This document shows, one piece after another, positions 1-10,797 of a stretch of 64,000 bases of DNA. Position 1 is the first letter of the stretch, and each line of letters opens with the position of its first letter. The translations under genes were made by a program, and so were the position numbers. Under the pieces are notes generated by a model that made no database searches, was not told the DNA's origin, and saw nothing but the letters and a program-made list of their open reading frames with translations. Location of the stretch: the NCBI GenBank assembly GCA_963798085.1, contig CAWCRS010000005.1, positions 704,001 to 768,000 on the forward strand, written 5' to 3'. The DNA comes from an uncultured Gemmatimonadales bacterium. GTDB taxonomy: Bacteria; Gemmatimonadota; Gemmatimonadetes; Longimicrobiales; RSA9.

Positions 1-1803
1 CCAATCCGGGGCCGCGCTCTGCAGCAGCGCGCGGATCCCGCCGATCAGCTTCACGCGCGCCACATCGCCGCCTGCGGCGAGCGGCCACAGCACGACGTTC
101 CCGGCGCTGTCCTCGCCTGCCACGAACCGGCTGTCAGGACTCACCGTCATGGCGACGGTCGCGACCGGGATGATGGTGGCTTCGGCCAGCGCCAGACCGC
201 ACAGAATGGCAATGGCATGGCCGCCTGTGGCGAAGCAGACGCTGTCGCGGCCCGCCACCGGGGCGATGGAGTGCAGCGTGAGCGGCTTGCGCGCCACGCG
301 CTCGAGCGTGCTTTGACCCGGAGCGGTTCGCGTGCGCCACAGCTCGAGGCCCTGCCCGGCCGTAGCCAGCAGGTCGCCGTCGGGCGCGAAGGCCATGCCC
401 CATACCAGTCCGCCGATACCGGCCTGTGCTAATGCTTTGTCAGGCGCCATTCCCGTCCAGAGGCTCAGAGTCGAGCCGCCGGCCACGGCCACAACGTCGC
501 CATCCGGACTGAAGGCCACGCTGAAGATGGACGATGCCGCGTGCGCAAATGTCCCGAGCGGCTGCCGCGAGCGCGCGTCGTAGAGGTATGCGTCGTTGGC
601 ACCGTAGCTCGCGGTCGCCAGACGGCGGCCGTCCGGCGAATAAGCCGCGGACCACAGCATCGAGCCCTGGCGAGGAAGCCTTGCGAGGAGCGCGCCGCTG
701 GCGGGATCGACGATGCACGCCTCCAGCTGGCAGCCCACGAGCAGCCGAGCGCCATCGGGGCTGAACGCGAGTGTCGTCCGGCCTGCCGCGCTGCGTGCCG
801 CCGCAATGGTGCGCAGCAGGCGACCGCTCCCTGCATCCAGGATCTGCACGATGCTGGCGCCATCCGCTTCCGCGAGCAGCTTCCCGTCCGGACTGAACGC
901 CAGCACTCTGGCGTGTTCACTGGTGGCAGCGGATCCGCCATCATGCGGCAGCTGCTGGCGCCAGAGCGGCGCTCGGGGCGCGAGGCCCATCATTCGCATC
1001 AGAGAGATCTCGCCATTCACGGTAGGCGAGGCGCGCAATGAAGCCACCGCGAGGAGCGTCGCCCGCACCCAACCCTCGCCCGTCTCGTCGAACGCCAGTC
1101 GCGACTGCACTTCGTACTGTCCTGCTAACGCGAGATTGCGCTGGCGGATTGCCTCGGCGCGGGAGAGCAGGGCCCAGATCGCGAGGGCGCTCAGCGCCGT
1201 GATGATGCCGGTCACACCGGAGGCGACGATGCGCCGCAGCCTCGCCGCGCGTTTCTGCTCACGCTGCTCGACCTGGCCCCGGTCGACGCCGTGTTCCGCG
1301 TACAGGTCGGCCAGCAGCTTGAACCATGCTGGCGCGAACCGGCCCTTCTGCAGCCTGTCCGACTTCGCGCTGAAGCCGCGATAATCACTGGCCAGCGGCA
1401 TGGGCAGCCGGCGCAGCAGCTCCTCCGGAAACGCCTTGCGATCCGCGTCGGCCGGCCCGGCATCATTGTTGGGAACGCCGTCCACCAGCACCGCGATGAT
1501 GTGGTCGCTGCCGTGCAGCTCGGCGAAGCGCCGGATCTCATCGCTGACGTACGCGCTGGCTGCAGCGGCGGGCGAGCAGAGCACGATGAGCTTGGCGGAC
1601 GCGCGCAGGTTGCGCTCGAGCGACGCATGGTACTCGACGCCGGAGAAGTCGGACTCGTCACGGAACACGCGCAGCCGGCGCTGCGGCACGGCGAGGTCGC
1701 GGGGCGGGCGGTAGGCATCGAGGGCCGCCTCGAAGCGGCGCGCGAAATCCGCGTCGCGCCGGGAGTAGCTGATGAACGCGTCGTAACCGGATTCCTCTGT
1801 CAC
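1..1803 (-). CDS. TIR domain - transmembrane helix - WD40 beta-propeller protein (3' end runs off the window)
   Basis: Not in the ORF track because it has no stop in the window. My translation from GTG 1803: VTEESGYDAFISYSRRDADFARRF...RVFRDESDF...KLIVLCSPAAAASAYVSDEIRRF (TIR). Then RAARLRR-IVASGVTGIITALSALAIWALL (TM) and repeated AFSPDG/AYSPDG/AFAPDG WD40 blades. The start overlaps the upstream TGA (GTGA). Confidence 0.9.
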   Translation of the reverse strand, partial: MTEESGYDAFISYSRRDADFARRFEAALDAYRPPRDLAVPQRRLRVFRDESDFSGVEYHASLERNLRASAKLIVLCSPAAAASAYVSDEIRRFAELHGSDHIIAVLVDGVPNNDAGPADADRKAFPEELLRRLPMPLASDYRGFSAKSDRLQKGRFAPAWFKLLADLYAEHGVDRGQVEQREQKRAARLRRIVASGVTGIITALSALAIWALLSRAEAIRQRNLALAGQYEVQSRLAFDETGEGWVRATLLAVASLRASPTVNGEISLMRMMGLAPRAPLWRQQLPHDGGSAATSEHARVLAFSPDGKLLAEADGASIVQILDAGSGRLLRTIAAARSAAGRTTLAFSPDGARLLVGCQLEACIVDPASGALLARLPRQGSMLWSAAYSPDGRRLATASYGANDAYLYDARSRQPLGTFAHAASSIFSVAFSPDGDVVAVAGGSTLSLWTGMAPDKALAQAGIGGLVWGMAFAPDGDLLATAGQGLELWRTRTAPGQSTLERVARKPLTLHSIAPVAGRDSVCFATGGHAIAILCGLALAEATIIPVATVAMTVSPDSRFVAGEDSAGNVVLWPLAAGGDVARVKLIGGIRALLQSAAPDW

Positions 1804-3416
1804 TCGGCTCCCATGAGCTGGAACCGGATGAGCGAAATCGGAATCAGGCCCAGCGCCGTGAATTCATCGAGGAAGCTCTGAAGCGTGAAGCTGCTGCCCT
1901 GCTGGCGAGCGCGATCGCCGAGCAGACGTTCGATTTCGATCTTGCCCATCAGATAGCTCGTCCCGTACGTGGGCTGCTGCAGATAGAGGTGCTGCTCGCC
2001 CCACACGGTGCTGCCATCTTCGCGCAGCCAGCCGCGCGGCGTCTCGGAGGACACGAATTTCACCGACTGCGCGATGGTGTAGCGGTTGGCCTGCATCATC
2101 AGATCGCCCAGGGCGCGGGCCGCGCGCTCCGCCACGAGTATGTAGATCATTTCGCGGGCCCGCGGATGCGTGTCCAGGAAGCCCGCCTGCATCATCATCT
2201 CCTCGAGCGCCGTGGCAAAACCTTCCGTGCGCGTCGTGAAGATGTTGTAGAGGAGCGGACTCCGGCGCAGCGGGCTCTCGGGCGGCTCCCGTTCCAGTCG
2301 GGCCAGGTCGATCCAGTGAAAGTCGTGTGTCCGCATCACAATGGGATCGCGGTAGCTGACTTCGTTGAAGAACTCGCGCGGCCCGGGCGCGAAGTGGCCG
2401 CCGCGCGCGCGCAGTGCCGGCTCCATGTAGTCGCGCACGGTCAGGATGCCGTGCTCGCGCAGGAACGAAACGTATTCCGACACGGCCGCGTTGAAGCCGC
2501 GCTGCCACTCGGCATCACTGGCAACCGGCGAGAGCGGCGCCAGATTGCGGTTGCGCTGTTCCTCGAGCGCCAGCGCCGCGCGCGCCCGGCCCAGCTCGCG
2601 ACGCATCAGCGTCACTTCATCCTGCCAGGTGTACGGCAGCTGCTGCACGTGCTTCAGGTACCAGTCGTAGTTCGCGATGCCGATGCCGGAGGGGCCCGTC
2701 TTCGCGGGCGCTTGTGACTCGAGCCAGGCGCGGAAGGCATCGGTCGCGGCCTGCGCACTGCGCGCGGCGCCCACTAACGCCGCGTTGTCGCCCAGCTGTG
2801 CCGCCAGCGCGGCCAGCGCAGCCGACTGCTCGCGCACGCTGCGGATGCCCATGGTCCAGAGGTCATGGGCATTTCCCGTGAGGTTGGTCCTCGCCTGCTG
2901 CAGCAGTCCGGGAATGACCCGCAGCCCGCTGCCGATCTCCGCCGCAGCCGTGGCCGACAGCGGGAACGTGTAGCGCCACAGCTCAACGGCGCCATCCGCG
3001 TGTGGCCCTTCGCGCGCGGGCTGATCGCTCTGCTCCGGGAACACGGTGACATAGAACGCGGGATTTCGCGTCCAGGGCACCAGCACGCGCTGATCGAAGT
3101 CCATCCCGTTCAGCTCGGCCTGCAGGATCCGGTAGTCCGTCTGCTGCGGCCGCGTCCAGCGCGCGGTGTCCATGGCCGTCAGACGCCGCTGGTAGGTGAG
3201 CAGGCCGCGGCGCTGCGCCGCCATGGCCGTCGCCGTGTAATCCGGAACGCCATTGACGGCGCGGGCGTGCTGGAACTCACGCCACTCACGGAACAGCGCG
3301 ACCAGATCCTCGTAGCGCGCCGGCCGTGCAGCCTGCTGCGCGTGAGCTTCGCCTGCGCCGGCGAGCGCCAGGATCGCCGCAGCGCCACACACGACACCCC
3401 GCAACCTGAGCGACAT
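1800..3416 (-). CDS. DUF885 family secreted protein (putative metallopeptidase-like)
   Basis: Signal peptide MSLRLRGVVCGAAAILALAGAGEAHA; C-terminal TEGFATALEE..., ERAARA..D and PTYGTSYLMGKIEI segments typical of DUF885. Start moved from 3716 to ATG 3416. Confidence 0.75.
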   Translation of the reverse strand: MSLRLRGVVCGAAAILALAGAGEAHAQQAARPARYEDLVALFREWREFQHARAVNGVPDYTATAMAAQRRGLLTYQRRLTAMDTARWTRPQQTDYRILQAELNGMDFDQRVLVPWTRNPAFYVTVFPEQSDQPAREGPHADGAVELWRYTFPLSATAAAEIGSGLRVIPGLLQQARTNLTGNAHDLWTMGIRSVREQSAALAALAAQLGDNAALVGAARSAQAATDAFRAWLESQAPAKTGPSGIGIANYDWYLKHVQQLPYTWQDEVTLMRRELGRARAALALEEQRNRNLAPLSPVASDAEWQRGFNAAVSEYVSFLREHGILTVRDYMEPALRARGGHFAPGPREFFNEVSYRDPIVMRTHDFHWIDLARLEREPPESPLRRSPLLYNIFTTRTEGFATALEEMMMQAGFLDTHPRAREMIYILVAERAARALGDLMMQANRYTIAQSVKFVSSETPRGWLREDGSTVWGEQHLYLQQPTYGTSYLMGKIEIERLLGDRARQQGSSFTLQSFLDEFTALGLIPISLIRFQLMGAE

Positions 3417-3589
3417 TGGGAAGCTCCTCGGCAGGTCAGACAGTCCGGAGAATCGGAAGGGCTGCACCAGCAACGTGACACCGAGCCGCCCGGACTTCAA
3501 CCGCTCGCACGGCCGGGCTGGTGCGCCGGCAGCGAATGTGTGTATCCTGCAACACGCGGCAGCGGACGCGGCCGAGCACGGAGGACGAT

Positions 3590-4171
3590 ATGCGAGCAGA
3601 CGTCGACGAAGCGACACTGTCACGGCGCTATTTCCTGACACGGGCCGCGCTCGCCCTCGGTGGCCCGGTCGTCTTCGCCGCCTGGCGAGGGCGAGGGCTG
3701 GCGGTGCAGCCCGCACGCGAGGACGTCGAGATCGCGGAATTCTCGAGTGCCGGTGCGCGGCTGCGCACCGTGCGCGTGCCCAAGGTGGTGAAACCGGAGA
3801 GCGAGTGGCGCAAACAGCTCTCGCCGCTGGCCTACCAGATCACGCGCGAGGCGGGAACCGAGCGCCCCTTCTCGGGCGCCTACTGGAACCTGCACGAGAA
3901 GGGCCTCTTCCGCTGCATCTGCTGCGACACGGCGCTCTTCAGCTCCGCGGTGAAATTCGATTCCGGCACCGGCTGGCCCAGCTTCTGGGATGTGATCGCG
4001 CGCGAGAACGTGGTCACGCACGAGTCGCGCAGTCGCACGTACGTGGACAGCGAGCTGACCTGCCGCCGCTGCAATGCGCACCTGGGCAATGTGTTCGATG
4101 ACGGTCCCCGGCCCACGGGACTGCGCTACTGCATCGATTCCGTCGCGCTGCGCTTCGTGAAGTTCAGCTGA
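3590..4171 (+). CDS. msrB: peptide-methionine (R)-S-oxide reductase MsrB with Tat-like signal
   Basis: GTERPFSG, CxxC, KFDSGTGWPSF, CxxC, GPRPTGLRYCIDS; N-terminal SRRYFL twin-arginine motif; GGAGGA RBS before ATG 3590. Confidence 0.92.
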   Translation: MRADVDEATLSRRYFLTRAALALGGPVVFAAWRGRGLAVQPAREDVEIAEFSSAGARLRTVRVPKVVKPESEWRKQLSPLAYQITREAGTERPFSGAYWNLHEKGLFRCICCDTALFSSAVKFDSGTGWPSFWDVIARENVVTHESRSRTYVDSELTCRRCNAHLGNVFDDGPRPTGLRYCIDSVALRFVKFS

Positions 4172-4241
4172 CGGTGGCTTCACGCGCGCTGCCCGCTGCG
4201 CCCGGCAACAGGCGCAGGGTCCTCGTGCCCGCGCGTCCGGC

Positions 4242-7200
4242 TCATTCTCCCATCAGTGTCGCCAGTTCGCTGCGGATCTCGCGGATCGCTTCGATCAGCG
4301 ACTGCCGCTGACGCTGCCGTTCCGCAGCGCCCGTCTTTGCCGCCCCGCCGTCACCCTCGCCATCCGTTGCGACCGGCTCGGGCGGTGCGCCCGCCGCCGC
4401 TCGGCCGAGTACGTCGGTGAGCCAGTCCAGGTGTTCCAGCACACTGCGCATCTTGCGCGGCGAGCCGCCCCGCTGCCAGGCTCGCCTGTAACCGGCTGTT
4501 ATCGTGGCGGGGACCGCGATCTGCAGGCTGGCCATGCCCTGGATCAGCATGACTTCCGGTTCCGCCGCCAGCTGCCAGAAGTCGGCGAATTTTTCCTCGG
4601 CCTTGCGCGCGGCGGCCCGGATGCGTTCGCCCTCGCCGCTCCAGTCCGGCGGCTGCACGTCGAGCAGACCATGGGCCTGCAGCACCGCACACGCGCTCAG
4701 CCAGTTGAGCGCCGGGTAGGCATCGAGGCCCCTGGCCAGACGGTCCGCATTCTGGTAATAGCGCATCATGCGGCGCAGCGCCGTCACCCACTCGTCAAGC
4801 TCGAGCAGTGCGGTGAGCCGCTTCTGCGCGGAGCCGAAGAGCGCCAGTCGCTCCGAGGTGAACACATCCGCATGCATGCGTGCTTCGGTGAGCCGGCCCG
4901 GAGGCAGCGCATCGAGGTCGCTGATGGCGCCGCGGATTTCCCGGGTGGCTGCCACGTGGTCTTCGTGCCGGCGGCCCGAGGCCAGATAGGTGCGGAAGGC
5001 GATGCGCGAGCGCAGGTTGGCGGCCTGCTCGAGTTCCCGGATCGAGATCTCGGCCACCGTGGCAGACCGGGCCGCGTCATAACACCGTATTGCCTGGTCG
5101 AAACAGTCCAGCTCGCGGTAGGCCCTGGCAAACGCCGTCAGCACGCTCGCGTCGGCGAGCCATTCCGCGCGGTTGTCGCGCACCCACGCCTCGATGCGTC
5201 TGACGCCCGCGTCCGGCTTTTCGGCGCCGTTCCGCTGCGCCAATGTCTCCGCGTCCTGGGCAATGTTGTGAAGCTCCACGATGACTTCGCTGCGCGCGGC
5301 AAAGCCCGCGACGGTCGGTTCCCCCTCGTACTCGTCCTTCGCCATGTCGAGGCGGAAGCCCGGATCGCCGTAACACTGGTACGCGCCCCAGGTGTTCACC
5401 GCGGGATGCTCGCGATACGTCGTTTCGCGCGCCTCCTTCACCGCTTCGCCGAAATGACGCCCGCTCAGCAATACGCGGTAGAAGGTGGTGGCGAACGTGA
5501 TCGCGGCGTCGTCGTCTACGGCCCAGCCCGCGGCAATGACGGCGCGCACGCCCATGCGAATGAACTGCGCCGCGATGTTGGCCGCCAGGCGATGGCGCAT
5601 TCTGCGCTGGTCGGCCTCCGTCCCCTGGTCCTTCTCGTCCGTGCGCCCGAGGTGGCAGCAGTTGACGAAGACCAGTTCGGGCACCGCCCGCATCTTCTCG
5701 ATTTCCGCGGGCGTCAGCAGGGTGTAGTTGGGGCCGATCACCATGCCGCTGACCTTGCGCGTCACCGGCGTGTCCTCAGGCGTCCTCGCCTCGCGCACCG
5801 TGATTTCGTACTCGTGCAGGCCGTGCGCGGCAAAGTGCAGGATGCGATAGTCGCGCGCGAACAACTGCCCGACGACATCCTGTGCACTCGGTCGCGAAAG
5901 ATAGGTAACACTGAGTTTCTTCTCCTGCAGCAGCGCGTTCACCGCCTCCGCTTCCCGCTGTGCCCCCTTGAGCTCCGGCAATTCGCTGGGCGGGTCGCCC
6001 ACGACGAAGGCGTTCTTCACCGTGACGGTGCCCGGCCGTTCGCGGAACGTGTCCACCAGGAGATTGCGCACCAGCCCCGTGCGCACGGCAATGGGCAGCC
6101 CCTGACCGGAGCGTCGGTCCTCCATCAGCTCCCACGGGAAGCGTGCGGACGCCTCGTCCACCGCCAGCACCAGATCATTCTGGTCAGGCGCGTACTCCTT
6201 GAGCGCGTTGGGTACGAGCAGCTCGAACAGCGCCCCCGCCGTAACCGGATCGGGTCTTGGTAATGCGATGGCGCTGCTGACGAAGCTGTCGATCAGCTGC
6301 TTCTGCGTCGGCTCGAGGTAGGATTCCGCGCGCGCGCGTTGCGTGAGGTTGCGAAACTCGAGGGCGCCATCCTCCAGCCTCTCGGTGACCTGGATGTGGT
6401 TCCACCAGCGACCTTCTTCCTCGAAGCGGACGCGCCGACGACCGCCGGACATGATCTCCAGCGCGGGCATCGCCACGATGTGCCCGGTGTAGCGCGCGTC
6501 CGACTGCAGGCGCTGCAATGCGCTCACGGCCTGCAGCGCGATGTCTTCGTACAGCTCGATGAACTGCAGCTGCTGGATTCTGACACGCTTCATTTTCTGT
6601 GCACTGCCCAACCGGTCGCGTGCGGCCGTCACGCCGGCGACAATCGCGCGCACGGAATCTTCGACCGGCATGCCGCCGCGGCCGGAGCCGATCAGCAGCG
6701 CCGCGACGCCCACCGACATTGGTCGTGTCGCGGTGTAGTCTCCCTCCAGCTCCACCAGCTTGGACGCGAAGGCGAGGGTACCGTGCAGCACGGTGCGCTC
6801 GAGCGTGCCGGGCGCCAGACTGCCAGGCTTGCCCAGCCCCACGACCAGCGCTCCGTGCGCGCCGCTGCCGTCGTTGCGCAGGAATATCCCCAATGTGCCG
6901 ATCGCATCGGCATAGAGATCCAGCCGCTGATGCTCCGTCAGCAGACCCTCGAGGCGCTGGTCGAGCGCCAGTTCGGCGCCGGCAATCGTGTCGCCCTGGT
7001 AGTGCCCCACCATGACGGGATAGCGGGCAAACGCGAGATTGCCGTGCGCGATGGTGACAGTCAGCGGTTCCGTGCTGTCCACGGGAGCAATGCGTACCGC
7101 GTCTCCCATCAGCGCGACGGCCTCGAGGTCCGCCTGCTCGGGGAACGCCGTCACTTCGTCATCGGGCAGTACGAACTCGCGTGGCGCACCGCGATCCGCG

Positions 7201-9693
7201 GCCGGCGGCTGCTGCGGCAGCTCGTTCGTGTCACCGCGCTCGAGCAGCGCCTGGATGGCGCCGAACCAGCGCTGCACATTCGCCATGTCACCGTGCTTCA
7301 CGGGCATGTAGAAGGTGGGCACGCCCTCCAGCAGGCCCAGGCTCCAGGGCACGGTGCCGTCACCCTGTGACGTGGCCATGAATTCGATGCTGGCGCCACT
7401 CGTGCGATAGCGGAAGGGCGTGGCCGGCGCACCACCGGCCACGTACACCATGTGCCGGGCATCGACGGAATCCGGCGATTCCAGCAGCTGGCGAGTCGCG
7501 CGCGCGGCCTGCAGCACGGCTGCCGAGGGCAGCGCCTTCGTGTGTCGCGCATCAATGTCGAGTGTGCGCCAGCCGGCTTCCGTGAACAGGTCGTTATCAG
7601 GATCGGCGGGCAGCATCTCGATCAGCCCGGCAAACGCCGCCACCGTCTGCAGCAGCTGCTGCTCGTTGCTCTTCAGGTCGATGAGCGAGAGGATGCGTGT
7701 GAGACGATCGCGGCCCAGCAGCAGCCGGGGCACCACCCAGGCGCCGCGATTCGGTGTTCCCAGCATCACCAGGCGGCTGGCATCGCGCTCGACCACGCGG
7801 CCCCAGAGCGCCGGGTACTTCGCGATCATGGTGCGCGCCACCAGTCCGCCCATCGAGTGCGCCAGGATGCGGATGGGCTGCCGCGTATCGCGCAGCGCGT
7901 CATCGACGGCGCGGGCCAGCGCATCCGCGGACTCCGCGACCGTGCGCCGCCAGTCATAGGGGAACTCGAGCACATCGTGCGAGGCGGCGAGGTACTGGCT
8001 CAGGCGGGCGTACGAGCGTGCCACCAGCGCCGTCGCCTTCACATCGGTTCTGGCGATGGCGAGGTTGTCGAAGCGGCCCGCCGCAATGCGGAAGAGATCG
8101 ATCCAGACCCGGTCGCCTGCAACCTGCAGCTCCGAGCCCATGATGCCGGGCAGCAGGAACACAACAGGCCGTTTGCCGGTGATCGCGGGCGCCGCCGCGC
8201 CTGCATCGCGCCGGCGCAGCTCGTCGGCGGTCTGCGTGGTGATGGGCTCGAAGCCTGCGTCGCTGTTATCACCGCGCACCAGGCCGAGCAGCATCTTCTC
8301 GGCGGTGGACGATGTCCTGAAATAGTGAAAGTGATTGATGTCCTTGCTGTTGTCGAAGTAGAGCCGGGCCTTGCCATCCTTGCGCGGTGCACCGCCCACC
8401 ATGGCGCGCGTGGGCACCACCAGATCGTGGTCTTCCGCGTAGAAGAGATCGGTCACCAGCGCGGTCAAATGGTGCCAGATCGAGCCGCCCGCCAGGTCGC
8501 CGGCGATCACCGACAGGTCCGCGCTCACGGTCACATCGCGCCGGTTCAGCACCGCGATGAGCGGCGATTCCGGCATCTGCGCTTCCAGACCCGGCAGTGT
8601 GGCCGGGTTCGCGCGCTCCTTGATGAGCGCAGGAATCAGCGCATTGAGGAAGCTGACAACGGGATGCGCCGGCAGCACGAGACGGATGCCGTTCAGCAGA
8701 ATGGAGAGGTAGAGATCGAGCCGGCCGGAGGCGAGCGTGGTGCCGTTCGCGGGACACGCGACACGCACGAAGCGCTCGATCACAGGACGCCGGTCCGCGA
8801 GCAGGTCGGACAGCGTCTTCAGGTCCGCCGCCTGCTGCAGGTAGATCGGCTCGCGCGCAGCGCCCGCCTGTTGCGCGGCGCGCTCGAAGAAACCGGTCTC
8901 GACCGCATTCGAACGGATCGCCATCGCGCATGGAGCGGCAGAGCAGTTCACCGACAATGCCGCCGCGCGAATGACTGACCATGTGAACGCGCGCGCCGCG
9001 CGGCAGGTGCTCGACGAGGTCAATGGCGTTGCGAACCGGGCTTTCGCTCAGCGTGGCGTGCTGCAGTGCGAAGATGCGATCACCGTACCTCGCCTTGAGC
9101 CGCTCCCAGACATTGTCCGGCAGCTTGCCGAAGCTGCCGTCATAGCTCGACGCGGTGCCGTGCAGGAACAGCAATGACACGCCGTTATCATTCAGCGTAT
9201 CGTCGATTCGCTCGGCGAAGGATGACTGCGTGGCGCAGCGGTACAGTCCGGGGCCGCTGCTGCCGCCCGTGTCGAGCAGATGGCGTTCGACGCGCGCCGC
9301 GACCGCGGTGGCGCCGACCTCCGCGATCTTCTTGCGCACATCCAGCTTGCGCAGTGTCTGAATCACCCACTTGCCGAAGCCGCGCGAAGGCGCTCCGATG
9401 GGCAGCACGGCCGGCATGAACAGCGAGCCATCGCGTGCCACCTGCTGGCCGCCCGCCTGGAACAGCTCGCGCAGCGTGCTCCCCGCCAGCCACAGCTGGA
9501 TCCCGCCATCCAGCGAAATCTCGGCGACGTCGCTGTCCTCCAGGTCCACCGGAATCGTGGACGCGTCTCGCGCCTCACCCAGGCGGTATTCCTTGTCCGT
9601 GCCAATGTCGACGAGATCGCCGAACTCGCCCGGATCGAGTGTCCTTGCGCCGGTGCTGACTTCGGTGCCGCGGAAGAGCAGTCTGGTGGTCAT
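4242..9693 (-). CDS. giant multidomain protein: two alpha/beta-hydrolase (lipase-like) domains + CHAT caspase-like protease + TPR-like C-terminus; frameshift at ~8908
   Basis: Joins ORFs 8269..9774 and 4242..9023 by removing one base (PF-gaat-AV becomes PFDAVETG). Motifs: LHGTASS/SHSRGG; PGIMGSEL/AHSMGG/GDGTVP; FPWELM; HFAAHG and FVNCCHLG (CHAT His/Cys dyad); WGAYQCYGDP. About 1816 aa when corrected. Confidence 0.88.
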
Positions 9694-9910
9694 TGGGAGT
9701 ACCGGGTTGGCGAGGGGCCGTCGCGCGCTGCCGTGGCAGGCGAACAATCTGTTCCCGCGGCGCGGCGCGGGCAAGCATCTTCGCTGCGCACGTCTGCCCT
9801 TCCCTGCGGCCCAGCGGGCCGGCGCAGGCCGGCCGGGAGCCTCACCGCCGTCGCCGGCAGCGGGCGCGGGGAGCGCGGCCCGGCGAGGCGCCGGGCCGCC
9901 TAATCGTGTG

Positions 9911-10189
9911 TTAGTTCTTCTGCAGCGTCAGCCGGATGCGCAGCCCGGCGAAGGTCTGGTCCAGCGTCAGTCGATCCGGATCCACGGCTGTGAGCTTCAT
10001 TTCCCGCGGAATCGCGTCCTGCGCCTCGCGGACCATGTGCGCGGTTTTCGCCGAGAATGTCCACGTACCGCTCGGATCGACGTCCCGGTCGCTGCCGTCG
10101 TTCGCTTCACCGGCGCGCGCCCGTGCACCTGCGCGCCGGGCACACACGACGGCCTGCCCGCGTCTCCTGCATGAAGCCTCCTGCCCCAC
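9911..10189 (-). CDS. possible small hypothetical protein or gene remnant
   Basis: The C-terminal half (DPSGTWTFSAK...MKLTAVDPDRLTLDQTFAGLRIRLTLQKN) looks like a real beta-rich protein. The N-terminal half does not, and the RBS-preceded ATG lies in another frame. Confidence 0.3.
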   Translation of the reverse strand: MGQEASCRRRGQAVVCARRAGARARAGEANDGSDRDVDPSGTWTFSAKTAHMVREAQDAIPREMKLTAVDPDRLTLDQTFAGLRIRLTLQKN

Positions 10190-10376
10190 GTACGGGAGTT
10201 GGCCGCCGCCGTGCGTCGTCGCCGCGGCGTATGGGTCGTGTTAGTTGATCCCGGTCGGGATGCGGCAGGGAAAGCGACGTGCGCATATCCCCGCCCGGCT
10301 GGGCAGGCACGCTAACGCACAGCCGACGCGCCGCGCCCGGCAGGCGGGACGAGCCGGTATTATCCGGTGATGGCGA

Positions 10377-10793
10377 TCAGGCGGGTGTTGCGAGACTGTA
10401 GTCGAACTGGTAGCTGTGTTTCCCGTCGGCGATGATGATGGCCATGCTGCCGGCCAGGCCGGTCAATTGACCGGTTCCCGAGTCAGGCACCACCGTGATG
10501 CCCAGCTGCGGCGCACCCCGGTTCATCGTACCGCTGTGCTGCAGTGCGAAGCTGCCGCTCCGGCCATGCAGTGTCCCCGTGACCCGCTCGACGGCCACGT
10601 AGCCGGCCGATCCCTTCACATCGGTGCCCACGCTGAGCATCTGGCCATGGCTGACGGCCTCGAGATCGCCATGGAACTGCTTGTCGAGCCGCATGCGGGC
10701 CATGGCGGGATCCGCGCCCGCCTCCGGCGGCTGCTGCGTGAGCTTCACATCGAATGACCCGCTGGCCCGCGTCGTCTTCAGCAGCACTCCCAT
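10377..10793 (-). CDS. DUF3224 family protein
   Basis: ASGSFDVKL...LDKQFHGDLEA...SAGYVAVERVTGTLHGRSGSFALQHSG...VVPDSGTGQLTGLAG...GKHSYQFDY. Confidence 0.9.
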   Translation of the reverse strand: MGVLLKTTRASGSFDVKLTQQPPEAGADPAMARMRLDKQFHGDLEAVSHGQMLSVGTDVKGSAGYVAVERVTGTLHGRSGSFALQHSGTMNRGAPQLGITVVPDSGTGQLTGLAGSMAIIIADGKHSYQFDYSLATPA

Positions 10794-10797
10794 CGGT

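Noticed and set aside
1..1803. STAND/NLR (Avs-like) protein
   Set aside because: No Walker A/B motifs between TIR and WD40; the linker is too short for an NTPase domain.
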